Position numbers and translations under genes: made by a program
Part shown: piece by piece, positions 54,125-63,220 of the stretch
Numbering within the stretch: position 1 is the first letter of the stretch
Layout: each line of letters starts with the position of its first letter
The notes under the pieces: model-generated
The model's input: only the letters and a program-made list of their open reading frames with translations
The model's database searches: none
What the model was told of the DNA's origin: nothing
Source: a virus
Virus record (IMG/VR): IMGVR_UViG_3300020158_000335
Span: 1 to 64,000 of that record
Length of the DNA stretch: 64,000 bases
Direction: 5' to 3' (one strand)

Positions 54125-55443
54125 CAGATATTCACCTGTTTGGCCATTTCAGTTGCTTCCTTAATCGGGATATTCCTGGAAGCTGCAAATTTTGCTACGG
54201 CTGCGGTTTTGCTCATGTGGTCCCGATAGACCGACAGCCCCACCTCCGCTGACATCTGAGCGACAAGAACATCCCGCCTCAATCTTGCGTTTTCGGTTTC
54301 AGCCGCGACAAGGTTCCTTTCGGATTCCTGTCTTGATTTTGTTCTTTCAGACTCGGCGGCAACCCGTTCACGCTCGAGTTTGTCTTTTTCGGCCTTCAGT
54401 TTCTTGGCCTGTGACCGATAAGTGTTTTTCTCGACTTTTAAAGCTTTAACGGTCTCTTGTGTGGTTGGATTATCCATTTTTGCCTTAAACCCCTTCGTTG
54501 CGCTGATATAGCGTTTAAATGCCGTCTGTAATTCCGCTACAGTTGCATCCGTGCCGGCTTTCTCACTGTCCGCCATATCATCAGCGTTAAGGAATGTTTC
54601 ATCTGGCCCTGTCTGTCCGGTAGCTTTTCTGACCATCCGGGTGATGAACCCTTTTTTCTTGGCTTGGTTTTCCATTTCCTTTGATAGGCGCATCTGGATA
54701 AGCGGACTTAACAGCACGGCGAGGGTCTTAATGACGTGTTTGCAGCAACAACCTGTCAAATGCGGGTTTCTGATTTTCGGGAAAACGCCTTCAAGCGGGT
54801 CAAGTGCAAAATGGCCAGTTGTTGCCAGATACCGATACCAATACCGATGCCGCCCGCAGTCGCACGTAAAGGACACCCGTCCCGTGGCTGCGCCCTTGGC
54901 GGCTTGAAGATATGTTTTATCAGCCTCAAGCCCGTCAAGCTGGCTATCCCATTCTTCCAGCCGGACTTTAACCTGGTGATGCGTGTAATTGCTTTGTGGA
55001 CTTGCAGAGACTTGAAAATGAAGCAGATTGCCGTGGATTTTATACAGCGCTGATGTTTTTATCTCGCCGTTTTTAACGCGGTTTATATCTTTTTCATCGG
55101 AGGCGGCGATAAGCTGGCCCACCTTCGCCCCGTTTGTTGCAGTATTGAATTTCTTCTTGATCCGCTGCCCGGCAAGGGCCATGCCCTGCAATTCAGTCAG
55201 TGAATAAGCGCGTTTTTCGCCTTTTGTGCCGTAGTCCAGAATCAGGCGTTTTGCGTTCTGCTCTGAAAACGGCGTGTCATTGGCAAGTTTTTTCCGGCGC
55301 CCCATCAAATCAGGAGTCAGGAACGCATTCCGTTGATCGTCTGACCTATTGGCAATTTGCCTTTGAGTGATCTTGCCGAAAAGCGACTCAAATTTCTTAT
55401 ATGCGTTTGACTTGCTGCTGAATAAATTACCGAAAAAACCCAT
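54124..55443 (-). CDS. P1 gp25-like protein with SWIM-like zinc finger
   Basis: FTCDCGRHRYWYRY and FPKIRNP.LTG.CCKH. Confidence 0.8.
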   Translation of the reverse strand: MGFFGNLFSSKSNAYKKFESLFGKITQRQIANRSDDQRNAFLTPDLMGRRKKLANDTPFSEQNAKRLILDYGTKGEKRAYSLTELQGMALAGQRIKKKFNTATNGAKVGQLIAASDEKDINRVKNGEIKTSALYKIHGNLLHFQVSASPQSNYTHHQVKVRLEEWDSQLDGLEADKTYLQAAKGAATGRVSFTCDCGRHRYWYRYLATTGHFALDPLEGVFPKIRNPHLTGCCCKHVIKTLAVLLSPLIQMRLSKEMENQAKKKGFITRMVRKATGQTGPDETFLNADDMADSEKAGTDATVAELQTAFKRYISATKGFKAKMDNPTTQETVKALKVEKNTYRSQAKKLKAEKDKLERERVAAESERTKSRQESERNLVAAETENARLRRDVLVAQMSAEVGLSVYRDHMSKTAAVAKFAASRNIPIKEATEMAKQVNI

Positions 55444-55514
55444 TTATGACGTGCCCCTTATTGTTTTTCCGCAGGATATGGCAGGTACGGCAGGAAAGGC
55501 AACATCATGAAACG

Positions 55515-55530
55515 CATATAGGGTTATATG
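55515..55530. promoter_or_regulatory. 16-bp operator, copy 6
   Basis: CATATAGGGTTATATG. Confidence 0.6.
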
Positions 55531-55615
55531 GTAGAATGTTTTGGAAAGGGCACAAAAAAGGCCCTGGACAAAAAGTTATCATTGACATGATACCATTTTA
55601 AAGTATCATAAGGCC

Positions 55616-55894
55616 ATGAAATGGACGGTAAAGGCGACAAAGAGAGCCGAGAAGCAGATTGCCCGATTGCCGGAGCCAGTCATGCGGAACCTTGCGGCGT
55701 TGATACGGGACATTGAACGTAATGGCCCTGTTCGTGGTAACTGGCCGAACTACAGCTCTGTGGGTCGCTACAGGTATCATTGCCACATCAAGAAGGGGCA
55801 CCCAACTTATGTCGCAGTTTGGGAAGTCGTTGACAAAAAAATTAAATTGGTAGAGGTATTTTATGCAGGTACTCACGAGAAAGCGCCATACTGA
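55616..55894 (+). CDS. RelE/HigB-family toxin
   Basis: W.V..TK.A.KQ..LP and YHCH...YVAVWEV; upstream of an HTH gene. Confidence 0.75.
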   Translation: MKWTVKATKRAEKQIARLPEPVMRNLAALIRDIERNGPVRGNWPNYSSVGRYRYHCHIKKGHPTYVAVWEVVDKKIKLVEVFYAGTHEKAPY

Positions 55895-56219
55895 GGATGT
55901 TGCTGTGGAGCTGCGGTTTTTAGGACCTATAGGCAAGCGAAATGAAGCGGTTGATACGCTGAAAGCATTGGGCTTTGTTGATACCACAGAGACCATCCCT
56001 TGGAGAGATTGCTTCCCCTATACAGATGAGCAGTTACCCGGAATATGCCTGATTGGAGCCAGATCCAAAGAAGGCGTTACACAGCGTGAATTTTCGAAAA
56101 TGACTGGCATCCCGCAACGGCATATTTCGGAAATGGAAAACAACAAGCGTTCTATTGGCAAAGAAATGGCAAAGAAAATCGGGAAAGCTTTGAATATTTC
56201 ATATAAGGTGTTTTTATGA
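55863..56219 (+). CDS. XRE-HTH antitoxin (HigA-like)
   Basis: R.KEG.TQ...TGIPQRHISEMENNKR.IGKE.A. Confidence 0.8.
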   Translation: MQVLTRKRHTEDVAVELRFLGPIGKRNEAVDTLKALGFVDTTETIPWRDCFPYTDEQLPGICLIGARSKEGVTQREFSKMTGIPQRHISEMENNKRSIGKEMAKKIGKALNISYKVFL

Positions 56220-56316
56220 ATTATTTGGGTTATCAAATTATTAAGCGGTTCTGTCTGAAAGGATAACAAAATTTCGGTTCCGTATTGCATTTTATTAATC
56301 CTTTATATTGCTGTTT

Positions 56317-56628
56317 TCACCTCGACTGATAATAAAGAATCCGCTCCCGTATCCAAGCAGCCCCAGGGAGCTTGATTGTCACGCCCTCCGCCAAAAACTC
56401 ACGCATATCATCCATTCCGGCAGCAATCATGATTATCCATTTCATATTCTCGTTGCCATACGCCCGGTATCCAGACAGCTCGGGCCGCAGTCTCTCATCC
56501 GGCTGTATCTCGTAAGCAGTCCATCCATTATTCAGGGTTTGACCGTCTCGGATTTCCCGGTACAGCTCATTTCGAACAAGCGGGTCTGTGATGTTGTACG
56601 GCGAAAGCCTTGATATTTCAGTTGCCAT
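56317..56628 (-). CDS. P1 gp26-like baseplate protein
   Basis: PDE..RP.L..YR.YG...W....AAG.DD and LP.A.WIRE.I. Confidence 0.8.
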   Translation of the reverse strand: MATEISRLSPYNITDPLVRNELYREIRDGQTLNNGWTAYEIQPDERLRPELSGYRAYGNENMKWIIMIAAGMDDMREFLAEGVTIKLPGAAWIRERILYYQSR

Positions 56629-56631
56629 TAT

Positions 56632-57123
56632 TCAAAATCCTTTATCTATCGGGAAAACCCCGTTTTGAATCATTGCATCAAACAGCTTGGTAAGAACGGT
56701 GAACACACAATTTAAACGATCATCCATACCACACCAATGAAGAGTATTGTCGATACGATGAGCTATCCGGCCCGCCTGGTTGATGTATGCCGTCATGATC
56801 TGCTTGTCATGCAGTGAGACTGAAAGCTTTAAACACAATTTGTTGTCAGAAGCACACTTAACACATTGATGAGTAATCACCACGGTATGATCCAGCATTT
56901 TTACATGGATTTCACCGTCAACAACTGCAACTGTGGCCCCGTATGGATAGGGGTTATTGTCATCCTGTGCCCCAAAAAGATGAGAACAGAAATCACCCCA
57001 TATCTCTTTCAATAGATTGAATTCTGTCATGATTTTATTTCTTGCCGCTGTTTTTTCGTCTTCTCTAAACATCGGGTTTCCTCCATTATGCCTCGCAATC
57101 TGTCGGGAATACTTTTTGTTCAA
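56632..57123 (-). CDS. Hypothetical protein, paralog of 57086..57568
   Basis: Shared C-terminus L.DA.I...VFP.D. Confidence 0.5.
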   Translation of the reverse strand: MNKKYSRQIARHNGGNPMFREDEKTAARNKIMTEFNLLKEIWGDFCSHLFGAQDDNNPYPYGATVAVVDGEIHVKMLDHTVVITHQCVKCASDNKLCLKLSVSLHDKQIMTAYINQAGRIAHRIDNTLHWCGMDDRLNCVFTVLTKLFDAMIQNGVFPIDKGF

Positions 57124-57568
57124 TCAAAGCATCGACCAGCCCACATAGTACCTGGTCAATGTTGTTTTCATCCACAAACGGCTTATCACTTGCGAATTGT
57201 TTTAACGATGCGATAGCTTTACCATTATCGTTAAAGTACGTTTCCAATAACCGAATTTCCCCATAACGGAATATCACTTTGCCTATGAGAAAATCAGCAT
57301 CGTCTCCGACTGTGATACATCGGCAATTCACATAAACTTTCTCTCCAAGCAATCGAATCGAAAAACGGTCTGCATCCATTCCGGAGATACTGGCTTTGCA
57401 AATATTTTTCTTGCAGACATTTTCCCAATACACTTGATAGCTTCCAAAAATACTTAATAATTTCAGATAACTTTTTACGATGTTCTGGGTTTTAACCGTT
57501 TTTACAAAATCACCAAACATATTACCTTCTCCTTTTAAGTTCTGTGTCTGTCGTATTCTTCCCACCAC
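57086..57568 (-). CDS. Hypothetical protein
   Basis: AGGAG before MFGD; paralog of the downstream gene. Confidence 0.5.
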   Translation of the reverse strand: MVGRIRQTQNLKGEGNMFGDFVKTVKTQNIVKSYLKLLSIFGSYQVYWENVCKKNICKASISGMDADRFSIRLLGEKVYVNCRCITVGDDADFLIGKVIFRYGEIRLLETYFNDNGKAIASLKQFASDKPFVDENNIDQVLCGLVDALIEQKVFPTDCEA

Positions 57569-58191
57569 GTCGCCTTTGCTATGTCATGGCCGATTGTAAT
57601 CGCCCTGAACTGCCTGAGCGGGTCGAAATCATCTTCTTCAACACCAGGCGGGCCAAACATCGCGTTAAGATACCGGTGGCTGACTGGTTCCGTCATGGCC
57701 GCCACAACACATAGCAGAATCGCACGATATCCGCCGTGAAATGCTGACCAGTCAACGTGGTACACAGTCCTGCCCTTGTCGTCTGTCTTTTTTTCAACCC
57801 GCTGACCTTCACCACCGGTGTAAAGCTTGTATTGGTCACATGATTTGTGGAAAATCAAATTACCGGTAGCCTGCAATGCAAAATACCAGTCCATCGCATC
57901 ACAAAAGTTCGTTCTACCCTCCCATAACTCATCCAGCAGGTATTTTGTTCCATACTGTGAGATATGATCCGTCTTTTCTTCGATCAGAACAATGAAACCT
58001 TTTTCTTTCCGGTCTTTGATTTCAGCAATCAAGTTGGACTTCCACGCTGCATCCGCCCATGGGATCAATTCAACCTGGGTGATAATCAGGTTTTCACCGT
58101 CAAAAACCGAATATGCGGTATATTTTTGACCTGATACAAGAGAGGCCGCCATGATCCTGATTACAGATGGTTTTAATTCTTCAACAGCCAT
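57535..58191 (-). CDS. pmgR: P1 PmgR-like protein
   Basis: KEKGFIVLIEE and DDKG...Y.VDWS. Confidence 0.7.
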   Translation of the reverse strand: MAVEELKPSVIRIMAASLVSGQKYTAYSVFDGENLIITQVELIPWADAAWKSNLIAEIKDRKEKGFIVLIEEKTDHISQYGTKYLLDELWEGRTNFCDAMDWYFALQATGNLIFHKSCDQYKLYTGGEGQRVEKKTDDKGRTVYHVDWSAFHGGYRAILLCVVAAMTEPVSHRYLNAMFGPPGVEEDDFDPLRQFRAITIGHDIAKATWWEEYDRHRT

Positions 58192-58206
58192 CAGAGATTA
58201 TCCTTT

Positions 58207-58467
58207 TCACTGACACAATAAGGCTCGCTGCGCATCGTCCCAACGATAGCCGTCTATAACGCCGGGTTTGCATGGCAATCTTTCAAATTTTTCATAGAAT
58301 TCTGATGCTTCCCGGACAAACGCTTGGATGCTGCTTGATTTCAGGTGATAAATTATCACCTGAAGACCATCGCGTCCGGTTGTACAATCTATGGCTCTAT
58401 CCTCAACCCGATAGAGTTCACCTGTCTTTTTATTTTTCCAAATTACCAAGTTATCATCATTATTCAC
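58207..58467 (-). CDS. DUF1653-like protein
   Basis: K.G.LY.V...A.DCT, V.Y and FVRE..EF..KF. Confidence 0.6.
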   Translation of the reverse strand: MNNDDNLVIWKNKKTGELYRVEDRAIDCTTGRDGLQVIIYHLKSSSIQAFVREASEFYEKFERLPCKPGVIDGYRWDDAQRALLCQ

Positions 58468-60962
58468 GCCGGTTCCCCTTCAAGTATTTTGACCGCCCAT
58501 GCGGTTAAATCATCTGCATATTGGTTTTGATTATCGCCATCAGTATCAGCCGGTACATAGTCGCACAAAAAGAAAAAGCAATGGGTGTCAAACAAATCAG
58601 GAGACTTGATACCCTGTGATTTCATTTGCTCTTTGGGCATGATTGCATACCTGCCAGCCTCATCAATTTTATACGGAATTCTGGATGCCTGGTTGACGAT
58701 CTTTGTGCCGGGGCATATCCGGAACCGATCGTCAAGAATAGCCTCACGCGCTTTAACCGAGGCATAAGCCCGCTGGTTTTTATATCTCTTTCTGTCCGCG
58801 TCCGCATGTGGGGGCAGCCCCCAGTGAATTCGTTCGACAGTCACGCCCAGCTCTTCCAGCGTTAAAATCACCGTCCGGCCCGGGCCGTCTGCATCAACTG
58901 CAACAGTTATTCTGGGGTATTTCACGATTTCAGAATACATTTCCCTGGCAAAAACCAACTCATCAGAACCAAGGGATTCTCTCATGTCAATGACTTCGAT
59001 CTTGCGAGCTGCGCCATATCCCGACACCCTTGCCAATGTCCACACAGATGAATCCCGGTGAACACCTTCCGCCACGTCCGCCGTCATCACCCATCCCCAA
59101 GGCTGCTCATGCTCAATCAATACTGCCTGCGCCTGGGTACACCAGCTTTTGGGGATCAAAAACCCAGATAGGTTATCCGGAAGACGCCCCAGTACTTTAA
59201 TCTGATATTCCGGCGAGTGATGCCCGCCGTATTCAACCAATTTGTCATGGATAAACTTTCTTGAGACAATTGGACTTTCTTCTGAATTCAGGTTGAAGGT
59301 TTTGTACAGTGATTTCAGTGAGGAAAACGCTTCTGCAAAATGCCCGACCTGCCGGGTTGGTTGGCTGAACATGGCAAAGCGGTTTTCCTCATGGGTAAGC
59401 GCTCCACGAAGTACCCCAATGATTTCGTCTTCGACACCTGACGCCTCATCCACAATGCAGATGTAATGCCGTCTATGCTGGCCTGCAATGTTTTCAGGCG
59501 CGGCTTTCGATGCTGTTTTTGGAATGACATACCAACTGTCTTTATGTCCTTTAACATAATATCGTTTTGTTTCCTTGATAAACCAGTCAACCATCCACGG
59601 GTATCCACGGTTGACATCCGCAATGACGGTATCCAATTCTTTCCAAACGACTGACCGTATTTGCTCGATGTTGGTGGCTGTGATCATGGCGTTTGAGTCG
59701 TCATACGTCCGCAGGTGCCAGTCAAGTATCCAAGCGATTCCGTGAGATTTTCCGGAATTGTGAAGGATGGTAAAATCTCCGCCTAAAAAACGCTGGTTTC
59801 CATCCAAGACAAACCCATAATATAATCCCTCGCCCAACGGCTCAACTGACCTGATCCCATAATGGAGGTTAGACCGTTGTGCGTTATCAATATGTGATGC
59901 TTTCTTTCTTTCTACTCTGTTTGGTATTTTTTCAATATTCCTGCTGATTAAAACGATGAAGTATTCACCCCATCGTCTTGTCCCCTTATGTATGCACGAT
60001 TTGTCTATTTTTTTTATTGTTGCATGGCAGCCGACAGATCGTGCCAAAAAAACTATATTCTTGGCCAATTGCTCATTTTTTTGGGTGATCTCAAACGTCC
60101 GTTTATCTCTGCTTTCGAGATAACCGTCCGAGTCCAACAGCCCAGCAAGCAGCTCAATACGGTCATTATATGATGCTGTTAAATAATCAAATGGGATGTG
60201 TTTATTTTCTATTAAATCATAATTCTGTAAAATGGTTAACAGTGGGTTCTTGCTACGGCCTGAACCGTTCCCGGTTATTGAATAAAGGAATCTTTCTGAA
60301 TAATTAAAGTTAAGATTTGAATCTTTGCAATAATTCGCAAACGCAGTGATTATTTCATGGTCAGGGTTCGTGATATGGGTGCTACCACTATGCCCGTCTC
60401 CAAGCCAAACGCCCAAAATGTACGGTGGGATAAGGAGCTTTTTGTCATTACTGAATTCTACTCCTGATCGTATTATCGCGTGAGTACGTTTTCTGCGGTC
60501 ACTCCATTGTAGCCAATCGCGTACAACAGGATAATATCTACTTCCAGATGTTTGGGCTTTACAATGCGTTTGTGTGGCAACAAGGCAAAGAACATGACTT
60601 TCATTGAATACATGTGAAGTTCCATCCATATATTCAAACCGGTACATGGGTTCTGTCCCACGGCACAACGAAAGGACATTCCGGCATGAGCTGTCATCAC
60701 CCATTATTTTATCGCCAACCATTATGTCTTGAACCGGCTTAATAGACCCGTCAAACATAAGTATTTCAGTATTGATTCCAAAACAACCATGGCCGCTTGC
60801 AAACGCCGTCTGACTGCCCAATTCCTGGATAGCGTTAAAAATATCGTATTGCTGCCACGTCATGGGATACCTACTTAATTCCGCCACGTACCGGACAAGG
60901 TTCCCCCGGTATCTGGCGCAAAAATCATGATACCGCTTATCATTCAGGATGCTGTGTTTCAT
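58464..60962 (-). CDS. pacB: Terminase large subunit PacB with intein
   Basis: Walker A SGHG|SGKS split by the intein; Walker B IVDEASG; nuclease motifs TADVA and SPD.FD. Confidence 0.92.
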   Translation of the reverse strand: MKHSILNDKRYHDFCARYRGNLVRYVAELSRYPMTWQQYDIFNAIQELGSQTAFASGHGCFGINTEILMFDGSIKPVQDIMVGDKIMGDDSSCRNVLSLCRGTEPMYRFEYMDGTSHVFNESHVLCLVATQTHCKAQTSGSRYYPVVRDWLQWSDRRKRTHAIIRSGVEFSNDKKLLIPPYILGVWLGDGHSGSTHITNPDHEIITAFANYCKDSNLNFNYSERFLYSITGNGSGRSKNPLLTILQNYDLIENKHIPFDYLTASYNDRIELLAGLLDSDGYLESRDKRTFEITQKNEQLAKNIVFLARSVGCHATIKKIDKSCIHKGTRRWGEYFIVLISRNIEKIPNRVERKKASHIDNAQRSNLHYGIRSVEPLGEGLYYGFVLDGNQRFLGGDFTILHNSGKSHGIAWILDWHLRTYDDSNAMITATNIEQIRSVVWKELDTVIADVNRGYPWMVDWFIKETKRYYVKGHKDSWYVIPKTASKAAPENIAGQHRRHYICIVDEASGVEDEIIGVLRGALTHEENRFAMFSQPTRQVGHFAEAFSSLKSLYKTFNLNSEESPIVSRKFIHDKLVEYGGHHSPEYQIKVLGRLPDNLSGFLIPKSWCTQAQAVLIEHEQPWGWVMTADVAEGVHRDSSVWTLARVSGYGAARKIEVIDMRESLGSDELVFAREMYSEIVKYPRITVAVDADGPGRTVILTLEELGVTVERIHWGLPPHADADRKRYKNQRAYASVKAREAILDDRFRICPGTKIVNQASRIPYKIDEAGRYAIMPKEQMKSQGIKSPDLFDTHCFFFLCDYVPADTDGDNQNQYADDLTAWAVKILEGEPA
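59757..60785 (-). mobile_element. Intein (343 aa) with LAGLIDADG homing endonuclease
   Basis: Begins CFGINTEILMFDG, ends ILHN followed by Ser; LGVWLGDG and LAGLLDSDG. Confidence 0.93.
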
Positions 60963-61126
60963 TTATCTTGGCCATTCTACGCATGATTTCAGCATCAATA
61001 AGCATTCCGGCACCATGCAGGCGTGCGCTGGGGTCTGGATGATGTAATTTGGGATCGACCCCAACATATTGATTCGCAAATGATTCAATTAGGTCCACGA
61101 TTTCAGATATCGTCAGGATCGCCATA

Positions 61127-61552
61127 TCAAACTCCCGGATACTGGTATTCTCTGAAATTGTCTTCTGATGCCAAATGCAGGAAGATAAAAAATTCTCCGA
61201 TATCAGTGTTTATTCTTCCATCAGATTTTACAAAACCTTGTTCTGTAAGTTCAAGCACGTTTATAAATGCGAGTTCGTCCGGGTTTCCCATGAATACGAC
61301 CATCTGACAATACAGCGTACCAGATGCACGCCGGACTACCCCGCATGAAAGCTTAATGAATACCCGGTCAAGTACCCGTAATCTTGCGGTCATCGCGTCC
61401 GCATAATCAATATAGATTAAATACTCCTGGCCACGGGTTTTTATCTTGTCGATAAATATCTGAAACGCCTTGTGGTACAGCTTGGTAGCGTCAAGAGATT
61501 CTTGAAGCCTGGCAAGTAATTTATGCTTATCTCTGCTGGTAAATTCGTTCAT
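61127..61552 (-). CDS. Hypothetical protein
   Basis: GGAGG ribosome-binding site; weak similarity to the 56632-57568 pair. Confidence 0.5.
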   Translation of the reverse strand: MNEFTSRDKHKLLARLQESLDATKLYHKAFQIFIDKIKTRGQEYLIYIDYADAMTARLRVLDRVFIKLSCGVVRRASGTLYCQMVVFMGNPDELAFINVLELTEQGFVKSDGRINTDIGEFFIFLHLASEDNFREYQYPGV

Positions 61553-61689
61553 ATCGCCTCCGGTTATAAGTTAAAAAAAACCCCGTCAGCGGGCCACGAA
61601 CACGGGGTAACATTCGCAACATGGGGACAAAGGAAAAACCCACGGCCCTGAGTCGGATATGATGCCTCCGGATTCACTGGGCTGGTTGT

Positions 61690-62154
61690 TCATTTGCCCG
61701 TACTACCGTAACCATTGTTTCCACGAGTTGTTTCAGTTAAAGTTTTTGCCTCAATCAGTCGGACATCTGTCAATTTCTGGATTACCAATTGTGCAATGGC
61801 GTCACCGCGAGCGATGATATATGGCCCTGGGATCGCCAGGCTGAGAATAACACCTATTTCTCCACGGTAGCCTGAATCTATTGTCCCTATCCCATTAACA
61901 CAAAATACACCATGCCGGACAGCCAGCCCGGAGCGTGCCCGCACCTGAGCCTCGTATCCGAATGGCAGCTCAATAGCTATGCCAGTTTTCACCAGCGTTA
62001 CCGTGTGCTGATTCAATATATATTGATCAACTGCGTATAAATCAAATGCCGCATCACCAGGATATTTACGGTCAGGCATTTTTGAATTCTGATGCAGAAG
62101 TTTAACCCTTATCGGAATTGATTCATAACCTTCAACCATGTCAATTGTGGACAT
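61690..62154 (-). CDS. dut: Trimeric dUTPase
   Basis: AAFDL, RSGLA, GTIDSGYRGE, AQL and RGNNGYGSTG. Confidence 0.93.
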   Translation of the reverse strand: MSTIDMVEGYESIPIRVKLLHQNSKMPDRKYPGDAAFDLYAVDQYILNQHTVTLVKTGIAIELPFGYEAQVRARSGLAVRHGVFCVNGIGTIDSGYRGEIGVILSLAIPGPYIIARGDAIAQLVIQKLTDVRLIEAKTLTETTRGNNGYGSTGK

Positions 62155-62222
62155 TATAGCTTCCTTTCTCGATTTGTTTTGGCATACCATGAGCCGGTCA
62201 GATGGCTCATGGCTGCTTTATT

Positions 62223-62282
62223 TCATTTGCTGGTTGGTTTGGGCTTACCCTTCGGCTTTGCAGGTTTTGCTTTCTTGGCCAT
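62223..62282 (-). CDS. 19-aa Lys/Pro-rich micro-ORF
   Basis: AAGGAGGTGA then MAKKAKPAKPKGKPKPTSK. Confidence 0.45.
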   Translation of the reverse strand: MAKKAKPAKPKGKPKPTSK

Positions 62283-62298
62283 TAAAATCACCTCCTTT

Positions 62299-62508
62299 CT
62301 AAAGTTCATCCACCATCTGATCGAACTTTTCCCCGGTTATATTCCGATTATACAGCACAGAGAATTGCATGGCGTTCAACTGCCTAATCTTCGTGTACCG
62401 TTCATGTCCGATCCGTAAATCCCTGATTTTATCAAAGATATATGCCCTATTTGTCGTATAACAAATACCTGCGGCCTTAGAAATAATATACAAATTTTCG
62501 TCCATCAC
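62299..62508 (-). CDS. Hypothetical protein
   Basis: Overlaps the HU stop codon. Confidence 0.45.
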   Translation of the reverse strand: MMDENLYIISKAAGICYTTNRAYIFDKIRDLRIGHERYTKIRQLNAMQFSVLYNRNITGEKFDQMVDEL

Positions 62509-62759
62509 AGCCCTTTCATGCCGGACGATGGTTTGTAGCGCAACGTCGTTGACTCTGGGATGTCAATCTTTTCGCCGGTGGCAGGGTTCACGCCTTTCCT
62601 TGCTGGCCGGGTCTTCCATTGGAATGTGCCAAATCCCTTGATCGTGGTTTTATCCGATTCGACAAGAGCCGCTATTACGGCCTCCAGTACGTCTGATACT
62701 ACCGATTTGGTAACCTTTGTCTTTTCTGATACTGCTGAGATCAACTCGTTTTTGGTCAT
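62505..62759 (-). CDS. HU/IHF-family DNA-binding protein
   Basis: MTKNELI, GFGTF...RPARKG.NPATGE.I.IP. Confidence 0.92.
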   Translation of the reverse strand: MTKNELISAVSEKTKVTKSVVSDVLEAVIAALVESDKTTIKGFGTFQWKTRPARKGVNPATGEKIDIPESTTLRYKPSSGMKGL

Positions 62760-62789
62760 AACATTTTCCTTTCTGTTGGGTTGTCGCCA

Positions 62790-63206
62790 TTATTTGGCAT
62801 TGTTCACTGCTTTTTTGACGGATTTCTTTGGGCAATATTCTTCCATGTATTCGCTTTTGGTTGCCTTGTTGTGTCCAGGGTCTCTCCGGACAATTGTCCC
62901 GATATCAGTCGTGGCGATGACTGTTTTGGTCTCGTTCATGGGCAGTCTGGGCATTTGTTTAATCGCTGCTTTGGCTGCGTTAAAAACATCATCAATAGTC
63001 GATATTGTTTTTTGTGGTGCAGTGGATACCATCACAGTTAAATGTGCGATATAGTATTCACCTGCTGGTCTTGGGTTACCTGTTAAAGAAACACGTTTTT
63101 CATCGTCAAAATTATAGCGGTCTTCAAACTGTATTTCCTCAATATAAATACCATGTTTTTCTATCTCTGATATCTTTTCTACCATATCCGTTAGTAAGTT
63201 CTGCAT
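62790..63206 (-). CDS. Hypothetical protein
   Basis: AAGGA before ATG; operon context. Confidence 0.45.
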   Translation of the reverse strand: MQNLLTDMVEKISEIEKHGIYIEEIQFEDRYNFDDEKRVSLTGNPRPAGEYYIAHLTVMVSTAPQKTISTIDDVFNAAKAAIKQMPRLPMNETKTVIATTDIGTIVRRDPGHNKATKSEYMEEYCPKKSVKKAVNNAK

Positions 63207-63220
63207 TACTTTCCTTTCAC

